The notes under the pieces are model-generated. The model made no database searches. It saw only the letters and a list, made by a program, of their open reading frames with translations, and was not told the DNA's origin. This document shows, piece by piece, positions 23,650-24,000 of a stretch of 24,000 bases of DNA (the first letter of the stretch is position 1; every line of letters begins with the position of its first letter). This DNA comes from Streptomyces sp. NBC_01537 (lineage in GTDB: Bacteria; Actinomycetota; Actinomycetes; Streptomycetales; Streptomycetaceae), in NCBI RefSeq assembly GCF_045040445.1, contig NZ_CP109392.1, positions 5,853,656-5,877,655 on the forward strand. The letters run 5' to 3'. The position numbers were made by a program, and so were the translations under genes.

Positions 23650-24000
23650 TTCCGGGGTCTGTTCGAGGTGGTGTCGGTGTAGGCGCGGTCGGCCGCCGGC
23701 AGCCCTGCCGGGAAGCCGAACGGGACGAGCTGGGCGAGGGAGTGGACCGCGTTCGGGCCGACGCGTTTGCCCGGGGTGTCCCAGACGAGGCCGAGAGCGA
23801 GCTGCGGATGTCGGCTGACACGTTCACCGGTCTGCCGTGGCCGGTGGGGTGTCGTGGGATCCCGGGGGCGACCGCAGATACCCCCAATCGACCGCACGCG
23901 TTCGCCTTGCGCTCATCATCCTTCGATGGAGGACCACCCCGTCCGTGCCGTAGGCGCGACCGCTGTCAGTGGCTCCTGTCAGGATGCCCCAGTCACACCA
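23650..24000 (-). pseudogene. possible degraded DDE-transposase-like remnant (runs off window)
   Basis: A minus-strand segment with high GC3 reads ...LALGLVWDTPGKRVGPNAVHSLAQLVPFGFPAGLPAADRAYTD. The ADRAYTD piece resembles the aDraYd motif of IS4/IS5-type DDE transposases. The frame breaks further upstream, around 23900. No intact ORF is present. Confidence 0.25.

Overview
This is a very GC-rich, Streptomyces-like chromosomal core segment (third codon positions are almost all G/C), densely coding on both strands. All family assignments come from reading motifs in the supplied translations; no database search was possible.

Gene order, left to right:
- MarR regulator (cut by the window edge), a membrane-anchored peptidoglycan-binding protein, and a PAT-like GNAT.
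- Group-2 sigma factor HrdD, behind an exact sigma-R-type promoter motif.
- Fructose PTS operon: DeoR regulator, 1-phosphofructokinase, EIIABC-Fru.
- A 53-aa ORF missing from the ORF track.
- Two tandem mscL paralogues, a SAF/CpaB-like protein, and an XRE-HTH/pyridoxamine-oxidase-fold fusion.
- Zn alcohol dehydrogenase, MTA phosphorylase, and a Ruc/FmdB-type zinc-ribbon protein with a poly-Ser tail.
- MFS transporter, CPA1 K+/H+ antiporter, and an S45 penicillin-acylase-family hydrolase.
- 5-formyl-THF cyclo-ligase, then a translationally coupled galU-moeA-moaC-mog-GNAT string and the SepX/GlpR-type divisome membrane protein.
- tRNA-Ala(CGC) and a degraded transposase-like remnant at the window end.

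No rRNA, CRISPR array or intact mobile element was seen. I found no clearly novel multi-gene system.

The items most worth a second look:
- the glp/glpR (sepX) division module with Moco genes embedded in it;
- two genes that seem to need CTG starts;
- the tandem mscL pair with a C-x4-C loop;
- the untracked small ORF behind a perfect palindrome;
- paired DnaA-box-like 11-mers in a divergent promoter;
- in-frame 9-bp and 15-bp tandem repeats;
- recurrent G-run/C-run palindromic elements at gene ends.
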